DNA of 63,688 nucleotides, filler included, from Reticulomyxa filosa (lineage: Eukaryota > Protista > Foraminifera): the NCBI GenBank assembly GCA_000512085.1. It is 15 parts of 15 records of this genome, joined end to end, with 100 filler letters (N's around TTAATTAATTAA, not from the genome) between each part and the next. Parts side by side here need not be neighbours in the genome. Positions count along the whole stretch, not along the records: positions 38,150 to 41,392 come from ASPP01022314.1; positions 41,493 to 42,955 come from ASPP01016433.1; positions 43,056 to 44,055 come from ASPP01022366.1; positions 44,156 to 46,123 come from ASPP01000389.1; positions 46,224 to 57,457 come from ASPP01005180.1; 10 more parts are not named here. One strand, given 5' to 3'. Under the pieces are notes generated by a model. The model was not told the DNA's origin. It saw nothing but the letters and a program-made list of their open reading frames with translations, and did no database searches. Numbering within the stretch: position 1 is the stretch's first letter; each line of letters begins with the position of its first letter. Shown piece after piece: positions 38,580 to 52,108 of the stretch. The translations under genes were made by a program, and so were the position numbers.

Positions 38580-41392
38580 TGAAAATTGGGGAAATAAAAT
38601 AAACGGAAAAAGGGGAAAATAAATTGGAAGAAAGTGAAAATAAAGGGGGAATGTGGGAAAACAAATGGAGAAAAAGAGGGAAAAATTAGTTGTAAAAAAA
38701 TTTTATTTAAGAAAGTTGAAAAATTTTATTTAAGAAAATTGAAAAAAATAATGAATGAAAAAAAAGTTGAAATAAAAAAAAAGTGTTGAAAAATTTAAAA
38801 GAAAAAAAAAATGACAATGATAAAAAAAGGAAAAAAAGTAAAAAAAAGAAAAAAAAATGCAAAAGCGAAAAAAATGGAGAAAAAAAAAGAAAAAAAAGAA
38901 GAAAAGGCATAGATCGTGCCGAAACTTGAGTGTGCGTGCGCAAAATCGCAACTTAAATGTTGAATCGTGAGCTCATGTGCGACGTTGAGCATTATCGATT
39001 GGTGAAGAAAGAAAATATAGTTGCATTTTCCGACTTCATTGCTGCAAGAGTCGTTTGCCGAGCAAGTGCATATGATCTTTAGCGAACTGCATCTGGGATC
39101 AGCTATGGAATACTGACGACGTGTTGGATGGCAATCAAAGAAGCAAGGAAAAGATGAACAATGAATAGATTTAATAAAAAAAATAGATGCAAATGGTACA
39201 ATCTATCGTTGCAAATGCTCAGGTCCATTCGATCATGTCAATGTGTGTTATTCATAATAAAGTCAAAGAGCAGATGGACTTATATTGGAAACATCACGAT
39301 ATGGAATTGGGATGGTGTGGCAAGATTACTTCAAACTAATATCAAGCAATATATAGACGTTGGTGACGCCAAATGTAGAAGCAAGCTCGCAAAAAGAAAA
39401 GAAAGAAAACGGTGATAGCACTCAAAGTGAAATCGATGTTGATACTATTGATATACAGACGACGGCAGTGACTGGACGACGAAGAAGTGGAAGGCGGCTA
39501 AGAAAAAAGGAAGAACATCGTCAAAAAAAAATAACATAGACATCGAGCAAACCACTGTATCGGGAGAATCGTCAGATATAAGAGTGGTTCAATTTAGCAG
39601 GAGAAATTCACAAGACACCGCAAGCAAGAAGAGACAGAGGAGGAAGAAAACGAAGAGAAAGAGCGTTCCGAAATTTATCGCGTTAAATTTGCTTAAAAAA
39701 AGAATAAAATAAAATAAAACAAGTAGGCGGTTTTATTGAAATTGGTTTTATTGACTTGCCTTTTTACGCCTGGAAACGCGCAAAGTCGCCATTCGCGAAA
39801 GTATTGAACGAATATGGCAAGTGCTACCCGAAGTATTTGAAAGAACTTGTTTGCCGTCAACATAGGTAGATACAAGTCTCATGCCAAGAATTATCCGCAA
39901 AGATTGTGTCCAAATATGATCTACTGGCGCCAACGAGTAAGAGAAACTCGGTCGATATGGAAATGTCAATTTTATAAACTAAAACAATAATCGTAATGCA
40001 TATATTGAGCACCCGTGTCGAAACTGGTCGTATGTGTGCACACATTCACAATCTTGGATTTTGAATCTTCATATATTGATATGAGAAATTTTTAACGTGC
40101 GACACATTGAGCACATTTATCGGCGAAGAAAAATAAATATAGATTGTTGCATTTTCCGAGCCATCGCCGTAAAAGTTGTATGCCTTGCATTTGTCGAGCA
40201 AGAGCCTATTTTCTTGCTGAACTGCATCCGGAAACTACAGACGATGTGTTGGGCGGCAATCAAAAGCAAGAAAAAAGAAACAACGAATACGTCTAATAGT
40301 AAAATGGAATATGGAAATTGTACATTACCTCATTTCAAATGCTCACGTCCATTCGGTCAGGTCAAAGTATGTTTTTTCATTACAGCGGCGACAAGAGAAG
40401 GTGAACTTGCAGTTGGAAAACAGTGCGATATGTAGTTGGAATAGTTGGCAAGGATCAATCGCAGACAATATCTAGACCTTGGTGCCGCCAAATATGAAAC
40501 CAAGCTCGCCAAGAAGAAAAAAAGAAGACTGTAATCATGCAAAGTAAAAATAATGTGGACATTATGTTATGAGATTGGTTCAATTTAGTTTGAAACTCAC
40601 AGGACACCATTAAGCAAGAAAGAGAAAGAGGAGGATGACGATGATTTGTTTAAAAAGAAAAAAAACAACAAGTAAGCAGACTTTATTGACTTTGTGTGTT
40701 TCCAAACGCAAAAAGAGATTCCATAACCAACATTGCCACTCTCGAACGTATACTAACTTCACATAGTTCGTCCCAATGGAAAATGTTGAGCGGAATATGT
40801 CAATATCTCGAAGCAGTAACCCGAAATATTGCAAAAAACTTTTTTGTCATCAACGTAGGTGGGACACAAGTTTCTGGTGCTTTGCCATGCCAACAATTGT
40901 CCGCAAATATTATGTCGAACTGCAATCTAACAGGCTCCAATGAGCAAGTGAAACTCAATCGGTATGGAAATAGCGATAATTTTATAAACGGAGCATAATA
41001 ATCGAAACACAGATATTGGGCAATTGTGTCAAAACTAGTCGTGTGCGTGCGCATATGCGCAAATTTGGATTTTGAATCATGCTCGTACTGATGGGAAGAA
41101 TCGTAAGCTCGCAGTCAACATTGAACATTGATAATTGGTGAATAGAGAGAGATTATTGCATTTTCTGGCTCCATTACTGCAAGGGCTATATGCCTTGCGT
41201 TTGTCAAAAGAGCGCCTGTAATCTTTGCTGAACTGTCTCCGAGATCGACTATTGACGACTGGTAACGTGTTGAACGGCACTCAAGAAAGCAAGCAAGAAG
41301 AACAATAGCGTATACGTCAAAAAAAAAGTAAATACAAATGATACCTTATAACTCATTGGATCGTCAACCCAAAAATTGTTAAATGGACGTAT
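38580..41392 (+). repeat. Purine-rich leader followed by a tandem array of ~1.0-1.1 kb degenerate coding-like units
   Basis: Anchor motif gtg(t/c)gc..cacattc(g/a)caa at ~38931, 40031, 41041; motif ttgcattttc..gaactg at ~39020, 40146, 41156; a related copy lies in the last contig. Confidence 0.7.
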
Positions 41393-41505
41393 NNNNNNNN
41401 NNNNNNNNNNNNNNNNNNNNNNNNNNNNNNNNNNNNTTAATTAATTAANNNNNNNNNNNNNNNNNNNNNNNNNNNNNNNNNNNNNNNNNNNNCCCCCCCC
41501 CCTTT

Positions 41506-41529
<24 letters not shown>

Positions 41530-41538
<9 letters not shown>

Positions 41539-42199
41539 TAATCATCACCCGCCAATGGGTTAATTTAAGATAACATTCCATGCACAATGTAACAACACAA
41601 ACATACAATAACAACAAACCAACCAGCAATCGTTTTGTCTCTTCAATTGCAATTTCATCATTTTTAGCGCCTTTATTTCATTTCAAAACAAAACATTTTT
41701 TTTTTTTTTTAAAAAAAAAAAGAGTGTTTGAGAGTACTTTGTCATGTATGCTTTTTGTACACGTGTGAATGTGTAAAGTTGTGGTAACAGAGAGAAAGAG
41801 GGGAGAAGGAGGGAGAGAGAGAGAGAGAGAGGCAAGTCGTAATGTTGATTGCAAAGTCTGAAATAGCTTGTACACAATTATCAGTTAAAAAGTCAAATCT
41901 GTGAAAAATCAACACACCGCCAGTAGATTCAGACATACGATTAATTGTAACGAAAAATTGGAACATGACAAATTCGCCTAATCCACATACGATAAGGATA
42001 AGCACATACACGACAAAACACATAATTTGACCCGGGGTCAGATGGTAGTTCTTCCACAGTGTCGTGTCTTTATTGAAGGCATGCAATGCCCCGACCAACC
42101 CTTTCGCCTCTTCTCGAGCTCGATACATATTATGAAGTCCATCAAAGTTCTCTTCTGCACACATATACATATATATATATATGTGTATGTATATATGTG

Positions 42200-42230
<31 letters not shown>

Positions 42231-42890
42231 TTAAATATAGTAAATATTGATACATCATACTAATTATTATTATAATAACATACACACACATACATATATG
42301 TACACTTAAAAAATAACCGTGAGAAGAAAGATTGACAAAGCGAAAAGTATTGTAATAATAAACCCCTTTGACAGTTTGCAAGGAATCGTACTGCTTTTTT
42401 ATAAACAATCCCATCGTCTTATTTCGAAACCATTCCGATGTTTTCCGTTGGTCTGTTTTCCAATAACGAAGCAAACATCTCTTTTTAAATCCATCCCTCA
42501 TGTTTGATAGTCATAGTTTACTTTGCTTCAAAGAGAACTCGTCTTCTCCTCTCACGTTCTCAACTTGTTAAGAAGGCGTCGTGTATGAACGGTGGCGAAA
42601 CCCACAATATCGGAGTGCTATTATTATTATTGTTATTATTTGTTATTATTATTTGTTATGTTTGATATTTCGTTATCTTGGCAACAGTGCACAGAATTGT
42701 TTTGCATTTGAATGATTCAAAGTGTGAGCAGTGTGTGTGTGTGTGCGAAAATTCTTACCTATCAAGTCGGTTTGCTTTAAGAGTTTGAATGAGTGCATTC
42801 CATTTCATTGTCATATTTTCATGACTATACAATAGGTCATGCAAACCGTCACCCAATATTAATAAATCGGGTTTTCTTCCATCTGCTCTG
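41530..42890 (-). CDS. CASD1/Cas1p-like O-acetyltransferase fragment (SGNH-like domain plus TM helices)
   Basis: Spliced PDLLILGDGLHDLL, TPILWVSPP, EENFDGLH (DxxH), then hydrophobic TPGQIMCFVVYVLILIV. Confidence 0.6.
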
Positions 42891-43520
42891 TTATCATTTT
42901 TTTTTTTGTTATTGTTGCTGTTGTTGTTTTTGAGAATTGTCTATCCAATTTTTTTNNNNNNNNNNNNNNNNNNNNNNNNNNNNNNNNNNNNNNNNNNNNT
43001 TAATTAATTAANNNNNNNNNNNNNNNNNNNNNNNNNNNNNNNNNNNNNNNNNNNNCTTGTTATTGTTTTTAAACAACAATGTTTTTTGAAGAATTTTCAA
43101 AAGCATGTAAATAAAAATGTATTTAACTGTACAATAAAATCATATCGTTACTTTTATTGTTATTAATGTGAAAAAGTTACAAAGCATCAACTCGGTATCA
43201 AAAAAATGAACAATTTTATGAACTTTCAAGATTGTAACTCATCTAATTGATTACTTTTTTAACTGTTTGCATAATTTAAGTGATTTGTAGTAAAAAATTA
43301 AAAATTTGCTTCGTTAAAATTTTTTGTGACCCAATCGAAAATGTGAATTACAAAATTTCATAAGAAAATGATTTTAGAACAAGTTACAAAATTTCTTGAA
43401 ACAAGAGCAAGCCACTTCAGCATTCATGCTGCAAGTTGCACATACAACAGCCAAATGCAAAAACAACACTGCTCAACAACCAAAAAAGTTTGCTGAAAGA
43501 AAAACGCAAACATTTTGTTC

Positions 43521-44055
43521 TTAAAAGCATTTTCTGTGTACAATACCAGGCCCACTTTCATCATATTCATCTTTTGTGATCCACATTTCCTGGAAGGTGG
43601 ACAAGCTACTCAAAATGCTTCCTCCAATCCAGACACTGTATTTTCTTTCAGGAGGAGCAACAATTTTTACTCGGATACTGGCAGGAGCCAAGGTAGTCAT
43701 TTCCTTGGTTAAACGGACATCAATGTTAGGGAACATGGTTGTGCCTCCAGACAACACAGTGTTTGTGTACAAATCTCGACGGATGTCCACATCGCATTTC
43801 ATGATACTTTCGTAAGCCAATTTGTGGATTCCCTCACTTTCCTTTCCGATCAAGTTGGGTGAAAACAACACCTCAGGGCATCGGAATCGTTCAGCACCAA
43901 TGGTAATGACTTGTCCGTCAGGCAATTCGTAGTTTTTCTCAATATCACTTGAGGTTTCAGCTTTCTTCAATTCTGCCTGGTAATCTTCGGCAACATAAGC
44001 CAATTTTTCCTTAATGTCACGGACAATTTCTCTTTCAGCGCTGGTTGTGAAAGAA
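43521..44055 (-). CDS. ACT: Actin, C-terminal half (5'-truncated), divergent
   Basis: [59 protein letters not shown]. Confidence 0.98.
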
Positions 44056-44155
44056 NNNNNNNNNNNNNNNNNNNNNNNNNNNNNNNNNNNNNNNNNNNNT
44101 TAATTAATTAANNNNNNNNNNNNNNNNNNNNNNNNNNNNNNNNNNNNNNNNNNNN

Positions 44156-46123
44156 GGGAAATTATAAGTTTCTGAATTGCATTTGTTGCGAATCGCATTC
44201 ACCGCAGAAAGAATGACTACTCTTTCATTTTTATACTGGGATTGAACTTTTTCCAATGCTTGTCGAATTGCTTCGATTTCACATTTGGATCTTTCCATTT
44301 CTCGAAGGGTGATTTATTGGAATGAGGAAGCTTTGCAATTTGCATTGGCAGCATGTTTGAGTGAGGATATTTATCTGGCTGCATAACTTCAGCTGCGTGA
44401 ATGTATCGTGATTGCTTTTCCACAATTGATACGCCATCGCTAAATTGTGATCCGGAAATTTATTACTCCATCGAATACATTTGTGATAAAGTTTTAATTC
44501 TTCTTGTTGTCTTCGTAATTCCAATGGTGGAGTCTGTGAGATTACATTCACTGTGTCGTACGCCAAGGATCTGCACATTGCCACTCTTTGAATCTCTTCT
44601 TGTTTTAGTCTGCTGCTCCATTCCAGGATGGCCTGATAATTGTGGTATACAATAAATGTTTCTTTGCTGCTTTGCCATAAACATAGTTGATATATTGTTG
44701 GATCCCAAATATTTTACGTAATCTGCTTCTTCAATATTGCTACAATCTAATTTTAATTTCATCTTTGGATATTTCTTTTTGTTTTTCATCTTGAACGTGA
44801 TCGATTGTGTCTATCTGGAGCCAATAGCATTTTGATGCCCACAAACTCACATTGTCCAAACTCTTTTGTAATTGATTTAATTGCCATTCCATTTCTTTTT
44901 CATCGCTGGTGTAAATGGATGTCCACAGCGCAACATCATCTGCAAACATTCCACATTGAATTGGATCTTCAACTGTCTTGTCATTGATGTATAATAGGAA
45001 TAGCATAGGAGATAATGATGACCCCTGAGGTACTCCAACTTCAAAATTTCTTTCATTGGATTTGTCCAATTCGATCTTTGAGGAAGCTATCCAACCACCA
45101 ATACATTCTTCCTTTTAATCCAAATTCATATCTCATCTTGTGCCTTAATCCATCTCTCCGATGTATTGTGCCAAGATTGGAATCCTGCTTGGCATTGGTG
45201 CAATAGCTTGTTTTCATTTAAATACCACATTAATCTCATTGTTATTATTCTTTCCAATAGCTTTCCAACTCCAGATAATAATTTGTGTGATGAAATATAT
45301 CTCAATGCTTCAATTATTTCTTCTTCAGTGATACCCATTTGATGATACTAATCCCATAATGGATAACAACTCATTCCTTCATCTTTGTTTCATATCAATC
45401 ACAGCTGTAATTTCATCTTCAACTAATTGGTAATGTTCTGATAGAACCACGATACCAACATTTCAGCTTTTTCTTTGCAATCTTTACTGTCGATTGAATA
45501 ATTGAAATCTTGTTCGAATTCATTGATTTGAATTGAGAAAATAATTTCCTTGTATTATCTTCCTTCAATGATTCGATACTCTTGATCAAATATTCTTGTT
45601 TCTCCTGTCTCAATTTTCTCTTTAATTGCATTGCTGCTCGCTTATATCTCTTATAATTTGCTTCAATTCTGCATTTTCTATACTTTCTTTTCGTGCTTTC
45701 TTTTTCTATGAAATGAATCGCTCCACCAAGATTTAATTTTTTTCTGGAGATGACCAATGTGCTTTGATATTAAATGTGATTGTAAGATGATCTGAATGCA
45801 AATCCAATTCATCGTTCCAATTATTGCACCACAAATTAATATCAATAAATGATTTAGTTCCATCTTTTTCATATGGAATTCATTATTTGTAAATTGTTGT
45901 TAATGATGAAATCCATCAATATTCTTGTCTAGCCAAGCAGAATGGTGTACATTACAATCTCCACCAATTACAATAAAATCTGTTATCTTTTTCGAATTCT
46001 TCCAAATTAAAACAAACTATTGCTGGCATTCTTGACTGTATGTTGTTGATATCTTTTGAATGTTTCTATAAAAACTACAAAACATTATCGATTTTCTTTC
46101 ACCTGGAATGCTAATTTCAATCC
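44156..46123 (-). mobile_element. Degenerate non-LTR retrotransposon ORF2 (APE endonuclease remnant plus reverse transcriptase)
   Basis: IVIGGDCNVHHSAW, GKLLERII..RL, QAGF, GVPQGSSLSPMLFLLYIND, FADD, VKYLG; many stops and shifts. Confidence 0.92.
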
Positions 46124-46284
46124 NNNNNNNNNNNNNNNNNNNNNNNNNNNNNNNNNNNNNNNNNNNNTTAATTAATTAANNNNNNNNNNNNNNNNNNNNN
46201 NNNNNNNNNNNNNNNNNNNNNNNATTTATTTATTCATTCATTCATTCATTCATTTGTGATGTGACAAACAAATAAATAAAAAAG

Positions 46285-47947
46285 GACTCCTGGAAATTCT
46301 TTGAAAAATTCTTGCAAGATAAAAAACCGATTCTCCGTAGACTTCGCTATGTGGGATACATATTGACTCACGACGGCAGAGAACCTTTGCCCAATGCCTT
46401 CCGAGAACATACGATAGAAGATATCGTGCGACCATTCCAATTCGAACCTTTAATGGACGCCAATGAATACGAGCAGCTGTATCGAGCGTGGGCAGAAGTT
46501 GAGTCGGAGAAATTTGCTGGCAGTAGTGGTCGTGCCAAGTATCAATACCAATATGTACCTTTAAGTGACTCTGCTCGATCCACTTCCGTCAATACTGTCG
46601 AAGCCAATCCCACGAACCCAACCACCACGGGAGTTGCCAACAACAAAACTTTGGTCACCAAGAAAAAGATTAAAAGCGTTGTCAAACCTACTCCCCAAAA
46701 AAATCCAAATACCAAGATTTCTTCATTAAAACCAAAAACGACAGGACTTTCAAGTTCAGTGTCCAAAAAGGAAGCACAAACAAAGAGAAATTTTTTTTGT
46801 TTATTTGTTTTTACAAATCCTCTTTGGATCTTCTCATTCCTCGAAACATCTTTTTTTTTGCTGATGTGATCGTCGTGTTTGATGTTTGTCATCAGGATTG
46901 AGTGGATCGTACGCTGCCAGTACAGGGTACGGTACGTATGGCAACACTTATGGAAGTGAATTGTATGGAAATCGTTTATATTCTGCCAACGCGAACATTC
47001 AAAATATTGCAACAACTAGCAACAACAGTAACAATAACAACAACAACAATGACAATGACAATGATAACGAAAACAACAATTCCGGCGGTGCAAACGCAGG
47101 AAAAAGCTCTTCCGTGGACAACACGTATGATTTTGATGCGCCCACTAGCATGGGTTTAAGTAAAACGGGCGTTGGAATGATGGACATTGATGACGAAGAT
47201 ATTGATATGACAGCTACTGGATCAGGCGGCCGTGCCACTGGACTTGCTAGACGCATTTCCTCCGGACTGCAAAATGCAATGATTGCAGGTAAAAAGAAAA
47301 GAATGAGCGGCGGAGGAGGACCTGCCGGTGGAGGAAGTAGCAAAAAGAGTAAGTTTGAGCAAACTGTGAGCAGATATTTAGATTTAGCAAGAAATGATGA
47401 TGGAACTGTACGTGTCCCCTTCCAAATCCGAGGGGGATGTACCGTTACATGTCTGGGAACCATTGTTTATGATCGAACTGGCTTTAGTACTTCCAAGTAC
47501 ATTTGGCCTGTTGGATTTCAAAGCACGAGAATGCATCCCAGCTATTTAGATCCCTCAGTTCGTGTCACAGTTGAGTTTTTTTTTGGGTGTTAAAGCTTTA
47601 ACTTTTTTCTGACGTGGGTTTTTTGCCTTGAAAAGTTCACGTCGACTATTTTGGAAGGGCCAAATGGGGCCCAATTTGAAGTTGTGGCTGAAGACGATCC
47701 TGAAAATCCATTGGTTGGTGGAAGTGCATCTAATGTATGGACAACAATCATAAAACGAGTAGCTACCATGCGCGCTGATTCAAGTAAACGAAAAACTTGT
47801 ACAGTGTCAGGGCCTGAAATGTTTGGATTTTCAGATGCCGTCATTCAAGCTTTGATCGAGGAGCTTCCGAATGCTGATAAATGTGCTGACTATTGGAAAA
47901 ATAGGCAATCTTTCAAAGACAAGATGCAGGAATTTGGCTTTGCATAA
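46285..47947 (+). CDS. FYRN/FYRC-domain chromatin protein, 5'-truncated, 3 exons visible
   Basis: VTCLGTIVYDRTGF..YIWPVGFQSTR (FYRN); SASNVWTTII..VSGPEMFGFSDAVIQALIEELP (FYRC). Confidence 0.88.
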
Positions 47948-48580
47948 ATTTTATTTTGTATGTGTAAGTTTTCAACAAACAGTAATCGATAAACTTTGTT
48001 TCGACAAACATGATTTTCTATTGTTGTGACAATTGGGTCATTCATTGTTGTTGTTTTTTTTATTTTTGACTAACATAACGAACTTTTAATTGCAGTCACT
48101 CTACGGACATGACACGTTTTCTTGATTGAGTGAACACACTCCAATTCCCAAAAAGCCTCTTTAAATTTTTCTTCCAAAAGCTATTTTATGAAGTTAAAAA
48201 AGTAAAATTTTCTTACATTTAACGTAAAATTTGTCAACAGTAGGCGAAAAAAAACTTCAGAATTCTTATGGAAATGAGTTCAAGTTGCACAAAACATTAG
48301 GATATTTGTGAAATCAGAAACAACAAGGCAATCTGCGCGAGCAAACTCGAAGCAAATCAACTAAAACTCCAACTCACACAAGTTAAATTTATTTTTTCAA
48401 TAATAATAACGCTGTACACACTTTGAAAAGAGGAAGAATTTTAAACGAAATGGTTGGAACATTTCTAATAATTTTCTCATATGCATTTTCGACGGCAAAA
48501 AAATTTATATTTTGTCCATCTTTGATGCGCTTATTAAATAGAAGATTGAAAAAGCCAAGAAAACAATAATAGCAAAAAAC

Positions 48581-51500
48581 TCATTGGTCCACATCCATAC
48601 AAGTTCGTTGTGCAAAGGAATGCTGTTTTGCTGCTTTGTTTGGATTGATGTGAAATTGAAGTGTTTTGCCCTTGTTGTTATCATTCGGGTTTGTGTTGAC
48701 GGCCTCAGTGATATCTTTCCACGTCCCCAACTGCCATTCTTGCTCCCTTGAGTTGGAAGGCATGTCATTTATTTGTATTTTCAGCTGTGCGTGATGCATA
48801 TCATCGTTACCGTTCCTTTGGCTCATTTCCTCGTGTGCAGTGTTATGTATATTTGAAATTAGGGATCCATTGCTGTCTACATCCATTGCGGTCGATGCAA
48901 TGCTATTATCTTTAAGATTTTTTGATTTAACATTTATTTCAGAGTGCTGTGATGTGTTCATTTGGCGATTTAGGCGTTTGCGCTTGTCATCACCAATTTT
49001 TCGAAGTCGTCGTCGAAGCTCTGCGCCTATTTCGATCGAATCGCCCTCAAAGTCTTCAGAACGTGGAATATACTCTTTTCTTCTGTTGTTTGGACATTCT
49101 TTAAAAATACGAAGAGAAGAGGTTCGATTATTCATGTTTTCTGGAAATTTCAAATAGACGCCTCGAATTTCATGTTTCTAATTAGACAACAGTGAACAAC
49201 AGACAAATGCAAGTAAAAATATAGAATGACATTCAAATACAAACACAATATTTTTTTCTTTATATTGCTTTTTAAGATATTAACTTTCTGTTCTAAATAT
49301 CGAGAAATCTCTTTGGGAAAGTAACGGACCACATCATCAAAGCTTTCCCAAACAGGTTTTTCTGCCTTTTTGTATTTCACTAACAATAGGCGTACAACGC
49401 CTTCACAAACAGTTTCCACGGTTTTTTCATCAACAATTTTTTCTATGTCAATTTTGTCAATTTTCTCACGTCTTTGTTCAATACGCTCTTTCAACCTCGA
49501 TGTATTGTGAGCTTTGATGCATGCGTCAATAGTTTTTGGTTGATTGGGAAACTCAGGCATTGTTTGCGGTCCACAGTTTGAACATTTGATACTTCCAACT
49601 GTGGTTTTCACTTTTGCGGTCGCCAATTTGTCAATTTCATCTGCTCGCACAAGATATTTTGTTTGTAGTGTTTGTAGCAATTTCAAATATTCAGGGGACT
49701 TGGCACAAACTTTCTCGAAATTGCTGAACGCCTGTTGCATATCTTTCTTGAATTCTTCGTTGCTGCGGTACATTAGTGATATCAGTTTGAGCTAGTTGGA
49801 CATCATATCATATAGAACATCCAGAAACGATGTTTTTCATTTGTTAGTAAGTCAAAGCAAAAAAAAACTTTCATCTCTTTCTAACACCTGGATATCATGA
49901 AAAGAAATGGGATTGTCTTGATAATACATGTGATGAGTCAGCAATTGTTTGAATTTTTCTGAAAAAGGATCAAATCGATCAAAAAATAATTTGTCCGTGT
50001 CCATTTCTTTCAAGTCGTAAAACAAATCCACCCATTGTTCGCCTTGAAAATACTGGTCACACTGACAGGCATTATTGCTTCGCCAATCTGGATCAGCGGC
50101 CAACACTCGAGAGCGGTACACATTTTCAAAATAATGCCGGTAAAAATTGGCAGATACATACCATTTGTTCCGTTCATCGTGTTTCGGCCCTTGTTGGCTC
50201 TGCCAAATGGCGTTGAACATACTGGAGAGTTTTCCATACATTTCGTCTGGCAAACGGTTCATGTGATTGTTGTTCAGTTTACTCTATTGCAAATCATTGT
50301 GATCACACATTGCAAGGACTTGTTTCATTACTTTATAAAAAAAATTAAAAAAAACTTTCTGTAGCGGCACATACCATGACTTCACTCAACCCGGAACGCT
50401 CAGGAACTTCCACACGAAGGTTATTGTGAATTTCAGCCGCAGTCTTAAATGCATTGGACGACGCAGCAGTTTGCAGCAGATGCATTTGTTGTGCACAGCG
50501 TTTTTGCTTCCAATGATACTGAAAAATGTATTTTTTATGCGTTTACGTATACTTTTTTTTTTTTTTAGTAAACATCGTGTTAAAAAAAAAAAAGAAAGCA
50601 AAAAATTAGCGCTCAACTGCCCCGTACACATTATCAATAATGGTTGGAAGCATTTGATTTTCACGTAATCTATCAATCAGACCGGTCACAGGCGTCTTTG
50701 GATTGGCTGTAGTGGGCGTCTTGTTAATTGCAGCAGGCGTCAGACGACTTCCAGAAGGTGTTGTTGTCGTTCTTCGTCCAAAGTAGGATAAAAAACAAAA
50801 CAAAACAAAAAAAAATGCAAAATGTATTGACATTTTTATGAGGATAAAAACAAGTGATGTCATACGTGTTCGAGGGCCCATTTGTAAGTTCTGTTTTGAT
50901 TATTTTTTTATCCGGTGGTGTCGCTGCTGTGCCATTTGGTGAAGGATGTGGTTGTATTGGGATGGATATGTTTGGCGCAGTCGACGAGGGTTTGGACTTG
51001 GAAGCCTTCAATATCAACTTCGGTTTGGATGATGTACTAGTCAATGGATTTGGTTTTGAAGAACCTGCCACGTTAAATCAAATTTGACCATCAAACACAA
51101 AACATATTTGTACGTGTTTACTGTAACAAATAGTATGTATGTCAAAAAAAAAGAGAAAAAGAAGCCAAAGACAATGACGCTTACCTAGTGTTGTGTTGGC
51201 AGCCACAGCAGTGCCAGTTTGTGGGCCTTTACAAAATAATCAAGACATTAGTTTTTTTTTTGTTTTTTTGCAAAAAAAAAAAATAATGTAGACATACGTT
51301 CTTTCGGCTTTTCGTCATTTTGTTGTGGCATTTCTTTTTTCGTAATAATTTTCGTCGTCATAGGTTTTTTGAGATAGCTCGGCTTTAAGGAGTCACGCCT
51401 TGCGTCGATCGGATTAGTTGTAGTTGTGTCATTTGTATCAGCATGGCCATGATTAGTGTTATTTGGGAGAGACGTAGTAGCAGGTTCAGATTCCAACACC

Positions 51501-52073
51501 TTAATCTCCAGTGGCAATGAAATCTCTGGTGTATTTTTTACCACTTGCTTTGGTGATCGTGGTTCTTTTTTGAGAGGGATGAAGTTGTCTTTGACATCTG
51601 TTTTATTTTCTGGGACTTTTGGCATAAGGTTATTGCTTTCAGTTTTGATTTGAGATGATTCTTTGTCTACTACGAGTGTCTGTATCGGACGTCGTTTCAA
51701 CTTGGTAACAGAAACAATATCGTTGGAAGGTTTTTTTGCGTTTGTCGTATTTGCAGCAGTTGGCACGGACAGTTTCTTTTTGTTGCTGTCATTACTCGTG
51801 CCAGTGCTAGTAGCAGTGATAGTATGAGTGGCAGTTATAACAGGAGGCAACGAATTTGAAGGTGACGGTGTTACGTGCTCGTCAATAGTATTCTTTTTTC
51901 CTTCTTTCAATTTTGCTTCATTTTTATCCTCAACTATCGCTTTTTTATTTTCACTTTGGGAATTGCCAGTAGCTGTTGGATGGTTTTGATGTTTTTGTTT
52001 CTGTTCCTCTCGCTCTTTCTCTTTCTCTTCCTCTTCTGCTTTTTCATCAATAGTCTCGTCATCGTCATCATCA

Positions 52074-52108
<35 letters not shown>

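Noticed and set aside
30719-46123. Joining the RNase H and RT fragments into one retroelement
   Set aside because: They are on different contigs and strands; they may belong to one family but no overlap is visible.
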